From Candidatus Methanoperedenaceae archaeon (lineage in GTDB: Archaea; Halobacteriota; Methanosarcinia; Methanosarcinales; Methanoperedenaceae): a stretch of 64,000 nucleotides of DNA. Below are positions 19,084-29,961 of the stretch, piece after piece. The translations under genes and the position numbers were made by a program. Under the pieces are notes generated by a model. The model made no database searches. It was given only the letters and a program-made list of their open reading frames with translations, and was not told the origin of the DNA. The stretch spans positions 1 to 64,000 of the forward strand of contig CAVWCX010000037.1 of the NCBI GenBank assembly GCA_963753595.1. The letters run 5' to 3'. The stretch's first letter is position 1. Each line of letters starts with the position of its first letter.

Positions 19084-20031
19084 ATGAATTTAATTAATGA
19101 AAAAGTGATTGACGAATATGTCAAAAAATTCAATTTTAAGCAAATGCTTTATTTTCCTGCAATACTGCTTCTGGTATCGCTTTTAATTTTAACTTACACT
19201 ACAATTACTTCCCCGACCAATACTCCGGTCGAACTCGGAATGGAATTCCAGGGAGGAATGGCTATGATCTTTGACACCGCAAAGACTCCCGACCAGTTGA
19301 AAGAAGAATTTGCGGCTTATCCGGTTGTACAGGCTCGAGAATATGGTGGAGGTAACCGTAAATTGCTCCAGTTTGGCCCGATGAAGGAATCCGATATTAC
19401 GGCAGTCACAACAAAAATAAATTCCGAATATTCTAACTCCAACCTCGAAATAAGGCAGATGGGAGAAGTGGTCAGCAAAGATTTACAGGGACAGGCGCTT
19501 CGTGCCATTTTATTCTCATTCCTTGGAATGGGGATTGTGGTATTCCTGATTTTCAGGACTTTTGTGCCTTCAGTAGCTGTTGTAATTTCGGCGTTTGCTG
19601 ATATTGCGTTTGCAGCGGCAATGATGGATGTGTTCGGAATTGTATTATCTCTCGGAACTGTAGCCGCTCTTTTGATGCTTATCGGTTATTCTGTGGATAC
19701 TGATATCCTTTTGACTACAAGGCTTCTTAAAAGAAAAGGAGAATTGAATGACAAGATAAAAGATGCGATGAAAACAGGCATGACCATGACTTTGACCACT
19801 CTTGCGGCTCTTATAGCATTATTTGTGGTTTCATCGGGTTCCTATCTTGTTTCAAGCTTTACCCGCATTGATATAATAAGAGACATCTCGGTGGTCCTTA
19901 TTTTCGGACTGATCGCGGATATAGTGAACACATGGATGACTAATGTCGGAATCCTGAAATGGTACCTGGAGAAAAGCGGCGGTATTGAAAAGCGTGTCGA
20001 ATCCCCTAAAAAGAGGAGGCAGACAACATGA
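19084..20031 (+). CDS. secF: Protein translocase subunit SecF
   Basis: LGMEFQGG, LMLIGYSVDTDILLT, multiple TM helices. Confidence 0.93.
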   Translation: MNLINEKVIDEYVKKFNFKQMLYFPAILLLVSLLILTYTTITSPTNTPVELGMEFQGGMAMIFDTAKTPDQLKEEFAAYPVVQAREYGGGNRKLLQFGPMKESDITAVTTKINSEYSNSNLEIRQMGEVVSKDLQGQALRAILFSFLGMGIVVFLIFRTFVPSVAVVISAFADIAFAAAMMDVFGIVLSLGTVAALLMLIGYSVDTDILLTTRLLKRKGELNDKIKDAMKTGMTMTLTTLAALIALFVVSSGSYLVSSFTRIDIIRDISVVLIFGLIADIVNTWMTNVGILKWYLEKSGGIEKRVESPKKRRQTT

Positions 20032-21692
20032 ACGGTGAAGAACCCTTTTATAAGAAACCTCGCGTTCTTTTGTTATTGATCGTGATCCTATTTTCAATTG
20101 CAGCAATGACCATCTCTTATAAGAATGGGGAATTGAACGTGGGGAGCCAACTGAAATATGGTCTTGAACTTGAAGGCGGCTCATGGCTGCAATTACAGCT
20201 TCAGGGAGCGATTGTCCAGGTAGATGCTGATGAAAAAAAAATCATTCAGTCGGAATTCGAAAGACTATTGAATGATCCATCGATCAAGATCGAAGAAACC
20301 ACTTTGAGTTCAGTTACTTTTACAACATCAAAACAGACCACCCAGAAAACAATAGATGCCTTCGGATTCGGTAAATCCACGATATCCCAGGCTCCTGACG
20401 GCAACACAAGGATCTCCCTGCAGATAACCAAACAATATGCTATCCAGAAATACCTTGAGAATAAACTCAATGCAGAAACAAGAATGATCCCCGGGAATAT
20501 TCTCACTTTTGAAATACGGGAAAAATTGACACAAGATGAATTGAGTTCAGTTCTTTTACAGGTTGATGGAAAAGTCATCTCCTTTAAGGCAGGTGTATCC
20601 GCAGATACAAGAGAAGAAACAAAAAAGATCCTTGAAACTAAACTCAACAGCCTTGGGATGAAGGAAATCCCTATCAGGACCGTTGGCGATAATTATCTTC
20701 TTATTGACCTGGCAGGAGTAGATATCAATACAGCGCGAGAAATCGCGGCTAAACCCGGAAAATTCGAAATTCGCATACAGGTGAAGGGCAATGAGACAGA
20801 ACATGTGCTTTATGGCACGGAAATAACTCCCGGATTGCCTGAAAAGGAAAAAGGAGAATCATGGGGTGTATCTTTTACACTGAGTGATGCTGGTGCGGCA
20901 GCTGTGCGCGATGCTGCAATACAGTATGGGGCGGTTACTAATCCTTCAGCACATGAATTGATAATGTTACTTGATGAAAAGGAGATATATAGTGCTCCGC
21001 TGTCACCCGAGCTGGCCAGGAACATCCAGAGCGTACCTGTGAAAAGCCTTTCAGCAGGAACAGGTACGGGGGACGAAGGACAAAGAAGAGCAAATGAACT
21101 GCAGATCCATTTAAGAGCTGGCGCCCTGCCTGTGAAGGTAGATGTGATCGGTGCGGGGCAGGTTTCTGCTGAACTGGGTTCGAAGTTCAAATCACAGATA
21201 TTAATTGCCGGGATAATAGCCTTGATATTAGTTGCCATAGTTGTTTCATTAAGGTACAAACAACCAAATATCGTTATTCCGATGCTTTCAACATCATTCA
21301 GTGAAGTGATAATCATATTGGGTTTCACTGTCCTTGTAGGATTCCAGCTTGACCTGCCAACGATAGCGGGTATAATTGCTGTCATCGGTACAGGTATCGA
21401 CCACCTGATAATCATTACTGATGAGGTTCTTGCCGGGGGCGCAATGCCGCCGGATAAGGTTTATAGATCACGCCTTACCAAGGCCTTCGCAATAATATTC
21501 TCAGCGGCTGCGACAGTACTTGTGGCGATGTCTCCGCTCCTGATCATGGGATTTGGCGCTCTAAGGGGCTTTGCTGTAATTACCATAGTCGGAGTACTGA
21601 TCGGGGTATTCATTGCAAGACCTGCATATGCCGAAGTGATCCAGGGCATGCTTGTTGAAGATACTGGCAAGAAGTTCGTGGATGAGGAATAA
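20028..21692 (+). CDS. secD: Protein translocase subunit SecD
   Basis: GLELEGG, LRAGALP, IGTGIDHLIIITDE, LRGFA. Confidence 0.93.
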   Translation: MNGEEPFYKKPRVLLLLIVILFSIAAMTISYKNGELNVGSQLKYGLELEGGSWLQLQLQGAIVQVDADEKKIIQSEFERLLNDPSIKIEETTLSSVTFTTSKQTTQKTIDAFGFGKSTISQAPDGNTRISLQITKQYAIQKYLENKLNAETRMIPGNILTFEIREKLTQDELSSVLLQVDGKVISFKAGVSADTREETKKILETKLNSLGMKEIPIRTVGDNYLLIDLAGVDINTAREIAAKPGKFEIRIQVKGNETEHVLYGTEITPGLPEKEKGESWGVSFTLSDAGAAAVRDAAIQYGAVTNPSAHELIMLLDEKEIYSAPLSPELARNIQSVPVKSLSAGTGTGDEGQRRANELQIHLRAGALPVKVDVIGAGQVSAELGSKFKSQILIAGIIALILVAIVVSLRYKQPNIVIPMLSTSFSEVIIILGFTVLVGFQLDLPTIAGIIAVIGTGIDHLIIITDEVLAGGAMPPDKVYRSRLTKAFAIIFSAAATVLVAMSPLLIMGFGALRGFAVITIVGVLIGVFIARPAYAEVIQGMLVEDTGKKFVDEE

Positions 21693-21725
21693 ATACTGCA
21701 CAAAAGAATATAAATAAAATAAACG

Positions 21726-21761
21726 ATGCAGTTTCAACTCAAATATGGGTTGAAACTGCAT
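21726..21761. terminator. Perfect 13-bp inverted repeat after secD
   Basis: ATGCAGTTTCAAC-N10-GTTGAAACTGCAT. Confidence 0.55.
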
Positions 21762-21976
21762 TTATTGTTCTATTGATTCAGTGATAAAATTTTAAAAAAA
21801 GGACACTTTAGGGAATAGGGGTTGACAATCATGTGCCTTAAACAATAACTTAATAAATGAATGAATCCAAGTATATGTTAGATATGGCAATTATTTAGAA
21901 CCATTCACTATGTTTTCATGCAATTTTCCAATGGTCAAACATTATTTCTAAAATCGAAAAGATGCGAGGTAAGAAT

Positions 21977-22114
21977 ATGTCAAAACTTAAAAAGCGAGAA
22001 TTGGAACGAAAAGGCGAAAAGAAACAGAAGATCTTAGACACTAAATTGATGGATGAGCATCTTGGGGATTTGACAAAGAAAGAAATGGAAGTAGCCCAAC
22101 TCCCTGAGGACTGA
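21977..22114 (+). CDS. Small charged hypothetical protein, 45 aa
   Basis: GAGGT upstream; MSKLKKRELERKGEKKQKILDTKLMDEHLGDL..; ends 1 nt before the SAMP gene. Confidence 0.55.
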   Translation: MSKLKKRELERKGEKKQKILDTKLMDEHLGDLTKKEMEVAQLPED

Positions 22115-22115
22115 A

Positions 22116-22322
22116 TTGAAGATAAAAGTAAAAATCCTGTCGGGAGGTGTTAAAGAACAAAATCTGGATGTCCTGTCATCATCCACATATGAAGAGCTTC
22201 TTGAATCTCTTCATATTAATCCAGAAATAGTCCTCGTGTTCAGGGATGGTAATCCGGTCCCGCTTGATGAAAAAGTTACGCAGGAAAATATAGATATCAT
22301 AAGAGTAGTGACGGGTGGATAA
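22116..22322 (+). CDS. Ubiquitin-like small archaeal modifier protein (MoaD/ThiS/SAMP)
   Basis: Beta-grasp size with C-terminal VVTGG. Confidence 0.85.
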   Translation: MKIKVKILSGGVKEQNLDVLSSSTYEELLESLHINPEIVLVFRDGNPVPLDEKVTQENIDIIRVVTGG

Positions 22323-22450
22323 TTTTTTATATTTTTATATTTTTTATATTTTATCCAGGCAAGTTTAAGAAGAACTCATATTTTTACACAATATTTATTC
22401 TTGGAGCGAATATAGGGAAATGTGTAATTCTTTTGACTATGAGCGCAGCT

Positions 22451-23344
22451 ATGCAATTAACAGACACTTATGGACGAACGATAAAGAGCCTGCGAATCTC
22501 TATTACGAACCGCTGCAATCTCAAGTGCATTTACTGCCATCGTGAAGGTGAGACGCGTTATATTAATAATGAGATGAGTGTTGAAACAATTGCTAATATA
22601 GTAAAAGCTTCAAAGAGGTTCGGGGTTAATAAAGTGAAATTCTCAGGAGGTGAACCTTTAATGCGGAATGATTTTGAAAATATCCTCAAAGCTCTTCCCG
22701 AATTGAAGGATATTTCAGCTACAACCAACGGTACATCTCTTGCACAAAGAGCATATGACCTTGCAGGGAGCGGACTTAACAGGATAAACATAAGTCTTCC
22801 ATCCCTGCGGGCTGAAAAATACAGGAAAGTAACAGGTGGTGACGTAAGCATCGTAATTGATGGAATAAACGCTGCAGTAGCATCCGGCCTGATACCAGTA
22901 AAATTGAATATGGTACTCATGAAAGGATTAAACGCTGATGAAATTCCGGAAATGATGGATTTTGTTCAAAAGTATGATGGAAAGGTAATCCTCCAGCTAA
23001 TTGAATTGATGAATTTCCAGCAAACAGCACAGTATCAGGTAAATATCAATGAAGTAGAAAAATTCCTGGAAAAAAGGGCAACGGATATAGAAGAGCGATC
23101 AATGCACAGGAGAAGGAAATACCATATAGATGGAATTGAAGTCGAGCTTGTCCGCCCTATAGACAATTCGCATTTCTGTGCAAATTGCAACAGGCTCAGG
23201 GTGACTTCCGATGGAAAGCTCAAGCCCTGTCTTCTAAGAAATGATAATCTTGTTGATGTCAATAATAAAGAGCCAGGTGAAATAGCAGAATTAATGAAAT
23301 TCGCAATGGAAAAAAGAGAACCCTTCTATAAAGATCATTCATGA
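22451..23344 (+). CDS. moaA: GTP 3',8-cyclase
   Basis: CNLKCIYC, GGEP, FCANCNRLRVTSDGKLKPCL. Confidence 0.94.
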   Translation: MQLTDTYGRTIKSLRISITNRCNLKCIYCHREGETRYINNEMSVETIANIVKASKRFGVNKVKFSGGEPLMRNDFENILKALPELKDISATTNGTSLAQRAYDLAGSGLNRINISLPSLRAEKYRKVTGGDVSIVIDGINAAVASGLIPVKLNMVLMKGLNADEIPEMMDFVQKYDGKVILQLIELMNFQQTAQYQVNINEVEKFLEKRATDIEERSMHRRRKYHIDGIEVELVRPIDNSHFCANCNRLRVTSDGKLKPCLLRNDNLVDVNNKEPGEIAELMKFAMEKREPFYKDHS

Positions 23345-24271
23345 ATGAAGATTGTAATGAGGTTTTTCTGTATGGGTTTTTTCAATGAAACCATACTCAA
23401 ATATTTCTTTTCCTGAAATGATCTTTGAGATGTATTTTAACCTGTGAAGCACAGGTACAAAGGCCATTGTCGAATCAACAAACTCTTTTGACAGGGCGGC
23501 GCAGTATTTTGGAGAGATGCGGTAAGCTTCCTTAACAAACTCTTCATCAACTATCCCGGTAAGTCTTGATACAAGACTTGCAGCTTCTTTTGGGTATAGC
23601 CTGATGAAATTACTTGCTTTTTCATGCAGATCCAGGAACCGCAGGATAACATCGGGATATTGCATCAAGTCTTTTCGGATAACGATACCGTAACTCGGGT
23701 TATCCGGCCAGAGCAAGTGCGGTGGAATGATTATTTTTGTACTGCAGGCACGTGCTGATGCAACAGCAAGCGATGGTGTCCCTACCGCAGCATCGATCTT
23801 TCCATCTACCAGCGCCTCGAGAACGAAGTCAGTCCATGGGAAGTTCTTTACCCTGATGTTCAAATCATTTGCATTTATGATATTATTTATAATGACATCA
23901 TGAATAGACCCTTTTGGGGGAGAACCTATTACTTTTCCATCAAATTGTCTCATGACAGTGTTGATATCACCAAGTTCAGTATAAGTACTATAATTTTTCC
24001 GGGCGATCAACACCGTTCCTTCGACATGTCCCCCAGCCACGCAGACAATTGGAACACCACGATCCATACCAATGATCGCAGGAGGAAGTCCAATATATCC
24101 TGCATCAATTTCTTTATTTTCAAAAGCTTTTACAATATCAGGTCCCGAAGCAAAAAGTTCCCAGGTTGCGTGTATCCCGGACTTCTCCAACCAGTCCGTA
24201 CCCATCAGGATAAAAGAGGTGTGGTATAAAGTAGAAAGATGACCGATATTGATCTCTTTTTTTTCAAACAT
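23339..24271 (-). CDS. ABC transporter substrate-binding protein (NitT/TauT/SsuA-like)
   Basis: IGHLSTLYH, FASGP, GSPPKGSIHDV. Confidence 0.75.
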   Translation of the reverse strand: MFEKKEINIGHLSTLYHTSFILMGTDWLEKSGIHATWELFASGPDIVKAFENKEIDAGYIGLPPAIIGMDRGVPIVCVAGGHVEGTVLIARKNYSTYTELGDINTVMRQFDGKVIGSPPKGSIHDVIINNIINANDLNIRVKNFPWTDFVLEALVDGKIDAAVGTPSLAVASARACSTKIIIPPHLLWPDNPSYGIVIRKDLMQYPDVILRFLDLHEKASNFIRLYPKEAASLVSRLTGIVDEEFVKEAYRISPKYCAALSKEFVDSTMAFVPVLHRLKYISKIISGKEIFEYGFIEKTHTEKPHYNLHS

Positions 24272-24396
24272 GATGTGTTTTTAATGAGAAGCTGCAATTA
24301 AAACCTTTCTGTAAAAGGTTCTATATGAATATTTGGAAGTAATTTGGGTATAATCTTGGAAAAATACTATTAAAGGATATACTAATTAGTGATTAC

Positions 24397-24485
24397 GTAG
24401 AGGATAAATACAAATCATCAAGATTCACTTCCTATCCTATCCAAAATCTATCCATGAATTCTTGAAATCCTCTACCTTTTTCTTT
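24397..24485 (+). ncRNA. Candidate small RNA (long hairpin with a C/U-rich loop)
   Basis: Stems GTAGAGGAT/ATCCTCTAC and TCAAGATTCA/TGAATTCTTGA; TATA-like box ~25 nt upstream; T-tract downstream. Confidence 0.4.
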
Positions 24486-24537
24486 CATTGATTTTCACAA
24501 CAACCTTTACATATCATTGCCAGTATATTACAGAAAA

Positions 24538-24825
24538 GTGAAACAACGCGCTGTCCTTCCGGAAAAAGTCAAAAGATACGAAGAACTCTTACGCAAGGCG
24601 TTGGAAGCTTTTGAGATATCTGTGCAGGAAAATTCCCATCTGAGTAAAGTTGCCCGGGATTATTCAAATATGGCCAGTTCCTATTACGATGATGGAATGC
24701 ACTTTATCAATGAAGATGATCTGGTGAATGCCCTTGTCTGTTTCAGTTATGGGCACGCGTGGCTGGACGCTGGTGTAAAACTCGGTGTCTTTAAAGTAAG
24801 TGATGAAAACCTGTTTACAATTTAA
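24538..24825 (+). CDS. DUF357 family protein
   Basis: MASSYYDDGMHF..VNALVCFSYGHAWLDAG. Confidence 0.85.
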   Translation: MKQRAVLPEKVKRYEELLRKALEAFEISVQENSHLSKVARDYSNMASSYYDDGMHFINEDDLVNALVCFSYGHAWLDAGVKLGVFKVSDENLFTI

Positions 24826-24840
24826 TAGAGGAATAATAAA

Positions 24841-25227
24841 ATGTCAAATTATATAGTTACACTTGAAGCCGCATGGCTTGTGAAAAGTGTAGAAAGTGTT
24901 GAAGATGCAATGAATATTGCTATATCTGAAGTTGGAAAAATGCTCAATCCTGATTTGAACTTCGTGGAAATAGAAGTGGGAACCACGAGCTGCCCGGCAT
25001 GCGGGGAGGCTTTTGACAGCGTCTTTATGGCAGCAGGTACCGCTCTTGTGGGAATTCTGCTTGAAATGAAAGTGTATGATGCAGAAAATGAAGAACATGG
25101 GGCAAGGATCGCAAAATCAACTATTGGTAAGGCGCTGATAAACACACCTCTGGATGTCGTTGATGTCGATGAGTTCGAAGGTGGAAAAGATAGTAAGGAA
25201 AAGAAAAAATCCTCAGGGAAATATTAA
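24841..25227 (+). CDS. UPF0212/DUF555 family protein
   Basis: [29 protein letters not shown]. Confidence 0.85.
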   Translation: MSNYIVTLEAAWLVKSVESVEDAMNIAISEVGKMLNPDLNFVEIEVGTTSCPACGEAFDSVFMAAGTALVGILLEMKVYDAENEEHGARIAKSTIGKALINTPLDVVDVDEFEGGKDSKEKKKSSGKY

Positions 25228-25232
25228 TCCTG

Positions 25233-25901
25233 ATGAAACTTGCAGCTCTTATTTCCGGGGGCAAGGATTCGTGTTTTGCAATATATAAAGCATTGCAGGA
25301 AGGTCATGAAGTCACAGATCTTATAACAATAATACCCGCAAACGAAGACTCATACATGTTCCATTCTGCAAATATCCACCTCACTCGGCTTATCTCAGAG
25401 GCTTGTGGAATTCCCCTCACATCCCGGATATCGACAGGCGAGAAGGAAAAGGAACTGGAAGACTTGATAAAAGCCCTGAAGTATGTGAACGTTGATGGTG
25501 TTGCGGTGGGAGCTATTGAATCAGAATATCAGGCTTCCCGAGTGAGGCGTATTTGTGTTGAACTCGGGATAAAAATGTATGCGCCATTGTGGCACTTGGA
25601 TCCTGAAAAACTTCTTCGGGAAATGATCACACTGATGGATATCAGGATGATAAAAGTAGCAGCCGCAGGGATGGATGAATCATGGCTTGGCCGGAGCTTT
25701 GATGACTTATTGATAGAAGACCTCAAAGCCCTGAACAGTAAATACAGGGTACATATCGCAGGTGAGGGGGGCGAATATGAGTCGCTTGTTCTTGATGCAC
25801 CATTCTATAAGAAAAGAATTGAACTTCTAAAAACCCGAAATATCTGGATGGGAGACCACGGGATCATGAAAGTGGTAGCAGCAAAGCTTAGAGAAAAGTA
25901 A
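25233..25901 (+). CDS. PP-loop ATP pyrophosphatase (Dph6/DUF71 family)
   Basis: SGGKDS, SYMFH, GAIESEYQ, GEGGEYES. Confidence 0.85.
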   Translation: MKLAALISGGKDSCFAIYKALQEGHEVTDLITIIPANEDSYMFHSANIHLTRLISEACGIPLTSRISTGEKEKELEDLIKALKYVNVDGVAVGAIESEYQASRVRRICVELGIKMYAPLWHLDPEKLLREMITLMDIRMIKVAAAGMDESWLGRSFDDLLIEDLKALNSKYRVHIAGEGGEYESLVLDAPFYKKRIELLKTRNIWMGDHGIMKVVAAKLREK

Positions 25902-26106
25902 CCCCCACTTCCCAACCCGCCCTGGACATTCCACCCCGAACTTGCATTATCATGCAATTTAATTCATATAGTGTCACTAATAAATAGTATATTACTACAA
26001 TCGTTTTACTTGAGTATTACTTCTTGAACACTAATGTTGTGGGTGTAAAACCTCTTAATGTGAAAATGTTTATAATAGATTAACCCAGTGATAATATAGT
26101 AGTATC

Positions 26107-27153
26107 ATGGTAGTTAGAAAAAATATATCACTTGAGCCAGTCCATCTTAAAAAACTTGATTCTCTGGTCACCAAACACAATGGGAATCTGAGCGCAGCTA
26201 TTCGGGATGCCATTGATATCACAGATGTATCACTCAGGCGCTATGGTTCTGTTGAAGAGGCAATATCAGTAATTGCATCTGATAAAAAAGAATTAACAGG
26301 AAGGGAAGAATCGATAGAATCAGGAAAGAACGTTCTTCTAGGAAGACCTATTTTCCTCTGGATGCTTAAAGCCACAAAAGGTATTCCGCTTGAAAAAGAA
26401 ATATTTGAAGAAGTGCTTGACCCGCTGAAAATTATCACTATATCAGAACTCGATAAAAGGATAAATGAAATAAGCCGCGAATCTGGTTGGAACTGCCAGA
26501 TCTCTATCTTTTGTATGGATTATATTAATCCGACTTCTGCAACTGTTACCATAACAGGTGATAATGAATTTTATCGTGATTTTGCAGCCCACCTTATCAT
26601 AATGTTCCTTGTCAATAACAATAGTCTTGATATTGATGTTGTCCACAAAAGAGCAACGACTATCAGGGTTGACCTGAAGTATCGTGAAAAAGGAACGCAA
26701 CCTGTTGCAGCAATGAAGTACTTCGGATATCTAAAAGATGCAATAAAAGAGTTCAAGTCAAGGGAAGAATTCTGGAAAAACCTTATGGAAATATACAGTT
26801 CTGTGAATTATAATATGGTATCGCTTTATAAGGGGAATTATGAAGAACTGCTTGCAGGTGATTCACCTACGAATGCAGGTATATTCGAATCAATATCGAA
26901 AAAACATATTGCCAGTATCCCTCACCAGGATTTTTTGGAACTATTGAAGAAAACCGATGAATCGATGTTGATCGTGGATAAGATCGAGATACTGGAAAAC
27001 AGCATCAATATTTATCACAATTATAAGAATGAAAAAGCGATCAAGAATATCCAGGATTATTACTTATCACTTCTAAGAGCAAACGGGCATGAATATGAAG
27101 CGAAATATTCCACGAGCTTAATAGTATTAAATCATGTCTGCTGCAAAAGTTAG
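26107..27153 (+). CDS. Hypothetical protein with an N-terminal RHH-like segment
   Basis: MVVRKNISLEPVHLKKL..GNLSAAIRDAID; long intact ORF. Confidence 0.7.
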   Translation: MVVRKNISLEPVHLKKLDSLVTKHNGNLSAAIRDAIDITDVSLRRYGSVEEAISVIASDKKELTGREESIESGKNVLLGRPIFLWMLKATKGIPLEKEIFEEVLDPLKIITISELDKRINEISRESGWNCQISIFCMDYINPTSATVTITGDNEFYRDFAAHLIIMFLVNNNSLDIDVVHKRATTIRVDLKYREKGTQPVAAMKYFGYLKDAIKEFKSREEFWKNLMEIYSSVNYNMVSLYKGNYEELLAGDSPTNAGIFESISKKHIASIPHQDFLELLKKTDESMLIVDKIEILENSINIYHNYKNEKAIKNIQDYYLSLLRANGHEYEAKYSTSLIVLNHVCCKS

Positions 27154-27211
27154 ATCATTGAATCATTTTATTGGGTTATATTGAGTTAGATTATTGGATT
27201 ATATCATTGAG

Positions 27212-28243
27212 TTATATTATTATTATCTTTCCCGCAATATCCTTGCATGCAGCCATGAACCGGGCAGGATCTACAGAAGGGAATGTGTCTATCAGACAAA
27301 TATCGGCTCCCTTAACTGCCATTTCAAGTTTTCGTATGTCCCCGTGATAAACCAAGACTTCTGATCTCCCTTCTGCTTTTGCAAGTAGCACGGGCTCATC
27401 TGCGATCAGTTTATCATAATCTGCTTTTTCAAAATTAATTTTAAGCCCCAGGAGACTTGAGTTCAATTTGAGATTCAAAATGGTGTTCTTAAGTGCAGGA
27501 AGCCAGGCATCGTTGAGAATTACCTTCTTAGCACCTGCAAGAACGCATAAAAGCCCGAGCGTACCCGGACCGCAAAAACCATCAACCACTGTGGCGTTTT
27601 CCAGTTCCCCCTTAAGATAAAGTTCCTCCATTTTTGTTATTTTTGTGTTATTGAACTCTATGTGGATCAGTGACTGGTTCTTATAAATACACAATTCCCC
27701 GAACAATGATGAGACAATATCACATCGCATATCACATCCCGAAAGCAATTCATATGTATGCGGGGAGCTGTTGGTATCAAGGATACCAATGCTCTGTGAT
27801 TGCGTACCCTTTCTTTTAATAACTCCTTTAACTTCCGGTACTTTTTCGACAATTTCTATCGCAATGTCTTTTGTCACAGAATCCATTATAAGAATAAGAT
27901 TTTTTTCCCTGAGCCTTGGAGGATATGGTATTTGATATCCAAAAGAGATAAGCGGTGTTCCTACTTCACGAAGGGCGGCATCTTCAGGGAATAATCCTTT
28001 TTCCTTCAATATCGTAAGAACATTCCAGATGACAAGATCCAGGTGCCTCTTTCTGCAATTATTACACTGGCCGGAATTTTTATCGATTTTTCCTGATATT
28101 GGAGCATTCTTATCTAACATGGGATCGGGAGGGCACAGGCCGCACGCCATGTACATCCCCAATATCTCATCCAGTACTTTCTCTGCGGGAAGAATGCAAT
28201 CACCGTTGCATGTGGGGCATTTCATAAGATTATCTGGATGCAA
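27212..28243 (-). CDS. Putative SAM-dependent methyltransferase with Cys-rich N-terminus
   Basis: VDGFCGPGTLG..LNDAW; several CxxC motifs. Confidence 0.7.
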   Translation of the reverse strand: MHPDNLMKCPTCNGDCILPAEKVLDEILGMYMACGLCPPDPMLDKNAPISGKIDKNSGQCNNCRKRHLDLVIWNVLTILKEKGLFPEDAALREVGTPLISFGYQIPYPPRLREKNLILIMDSVTKDIAIEIVEKVPEVKGVIKRKGTQSQSIGILDTNSSPHTYELLSGCDMRCDIVSSLFGELCIYKNQSLIHIEFNNTKITKMEELYLKGELENATVVDGFCGPGTLGLLCVLAGAKKVILNDAWLPALKNTILNLKLNSSLLGLKINFEKADYDKLIADEPVLLAKAEGRSEVLVYHGDIRKLEMAVKGADICLIDTFPSVDPARFMAACKDIAGKIIII

Positions 28244-28595
28244 TTTCTTTGGTTTGTGATTTCTCAGGGATGCATGATCTCAGGACCACGTGCCAGTTAT
28301 AAGCAAATAATACAAGGGTCATCATTCCAAACATATCGAGGAATTCAAAAAATACCATTGTGCCGGGTATATTCAATCCTTCAAAAAATTCATGCGCCAT
28401 GAAAAACGTACTGAATAAGAATACATATATACAATTTTTCTTAAAAAAAGATTCGTTGATAATTGATTTGAAAATCTGCTCGTTCTTTTCAACATCCTTC
28501 CATAAGAACCATATCTGAGCCACCAAAAATACAAAAATTAAATATAATGAAAATGTAAAAAATTCAACATATTTATATAAAGTAAAATCATTCAT
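28230..28595 (-). CDS. Small membrane protein (3 TM)
   Basis: Hydrophobic 121-aa ORF overlapping the next gene. Confidence 0.65.
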   Translation of the reverse strand: MNDFTLYKYVEFFTFSLYLIFVFLVAQIWFLWKDVEKNEQIFKSIINESFFKKNCIYVFLFSTFFMAHEFFEGLNIPGTMVFFEFLDMFGMMTLVLFAYNWHVVLRSCIPEKSQTKEIASR

Positions 28596-28700
28596 ATTTG
28601 TAACGTCCTGTCTTGCACATGATAAATATTATATGATAAACATTTCGGTGAACTTGCGTCATAATTTAATAAAGAAAAATCTATTTTTAAGCAACTAGAA

Positions 28701-29831
28701 TCAAGTGCCCTGAATGCACTCGCCAAGATCGGAAATGAACATCTCAATAGTATTCTCGTTAAGGTGCGGCATTATTATCAATCTCATGGCCTTTGGGTTT
28801 CGTGTTATTGAAGTAACCCAGCCTTTCTTGTGCATTTTTTTCCTTACTTCATCAAGATCAGGCACATCAAGCGCTACGATGTTAATTGCAGGCTCGATCA
28901 GTGGTTCAATTCCCAGGTCACAGGCGCCCTCCACAAGCCTGCCAGTCATTTTCATACACCTTTTCACGATTTTTTTGTATCCTTCTATTCCAAGATGCAT
29001 CATAACGGCATAAGCGGCCGCAACTGCCGCGCCGCTTCGTGTGCCAACCAGGGAATGCTGCTTCCTGATCGTCAGGTAGGGTGTATCGATCTCCAGTGGA
29101 AGAAGACAGGCATCTTCCCTGAACAGGAGCCCTCCTGCCGGAATAGTGGACATGCCCATTTTATGGGGATCGGCTGTTATTGATGTAACTCCTTTCACTG
29201 AAAAATCAAAATCATATTTTTTATCAAGAAAAGGTATGACATATCCTCCAAAAGCTGCATCTACATGCAAGAACAGGTTATTTGACAATGCAAGTTTGGC
29301 CAATCTGTCTATCGGATCGATCTGGCCAAATTCCGTTGAGCCTGCAATACCAACAAGCACAATGGTGTTATCATCGATAAGATCTGCAACAGAGTTTATA
29401 TCCACCTTGAATTCCGTGTCAAGCGAGGCTTTTCTTATCTCTATGCCAAGGAGATCTGCTATCTTATCAAAAGAGAAATGGGCAGAAGTTGGAACGATCA
29501 TGTTCGGACGCTTCTTTTTGCTCATGTTCCTGGCAGTCCTTAACGCCTGGATATTGGATTCCGTGCCTCCTGTCGTAATGTAACCGCATGCATTATCATC
29601 ACCCAGCATCCCCCCCATCATCTTTATTACTTTTTCTTCAAGTTCCTTTGTCCCCTGGAACAGGCCAAAATCTCCCATATTTGACTCGATGAATTGCATA
29701 TGGGCTTTTAGAGCTATGGGGTGGGGCCGTGTGCACATGGCACTCAGCACTTTATCATAGGAAGTGTCTTTTTGCATAGCGTTATTAAGCAGGGATAATA
29801 CTTCCTTCTCAGAGTGCCCTTTCAGGTTCAT
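28701..29831 (-). CDS. mfnA: L-tyrosine/L-aspartate decarboxylase
   Basis: [26 protein letters not shown] (PLP lysine). Confidence 0.93.
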   Translation of the reverse strand: MNLKGHSEKEVLSLLNNAMQKDTSYDKVLSAMCTRPHPIALKAHMQFIESNMGDFGLFQGTKELEEKVIKMMGGMLGDDNACGYITTGGTESNIQALRTARNMSKKKRPNMIVPTSAHFSFDKIADLLGIEIRKASLDTEFKVDINSVADLIDDNTIVLVGIAGSTEFGQIDPIDRLAKLALSNNLFLHVDAAFGGYVIPFLDKKYDFDFSVKGVTSITADPHKMGMSTIPAGGLLFREDACLLPLEIDTPYLTIRKQHSLVGTRSGAAVAAAYAVMMHLGIEGYKKIVKRCMKMTGRLVEGACDLGIEPLIEPAINIVALDVPDLDEVRKKMHKKGWVTSITRNPKAMRLIIMPHLNENTIEMFISDLGECIQGT

Positions 29832-29961
29832 GTGCTAACTCAAGAATACATGTTAATAAAGATTATTCTTTTATCGAACACTTTATTATTGGCAAAATTA
29901 AAATAGATGATTTTAGTATTAAGAACAACAGGGAAAAGTATCAGGGATAGCTTATATCTAT

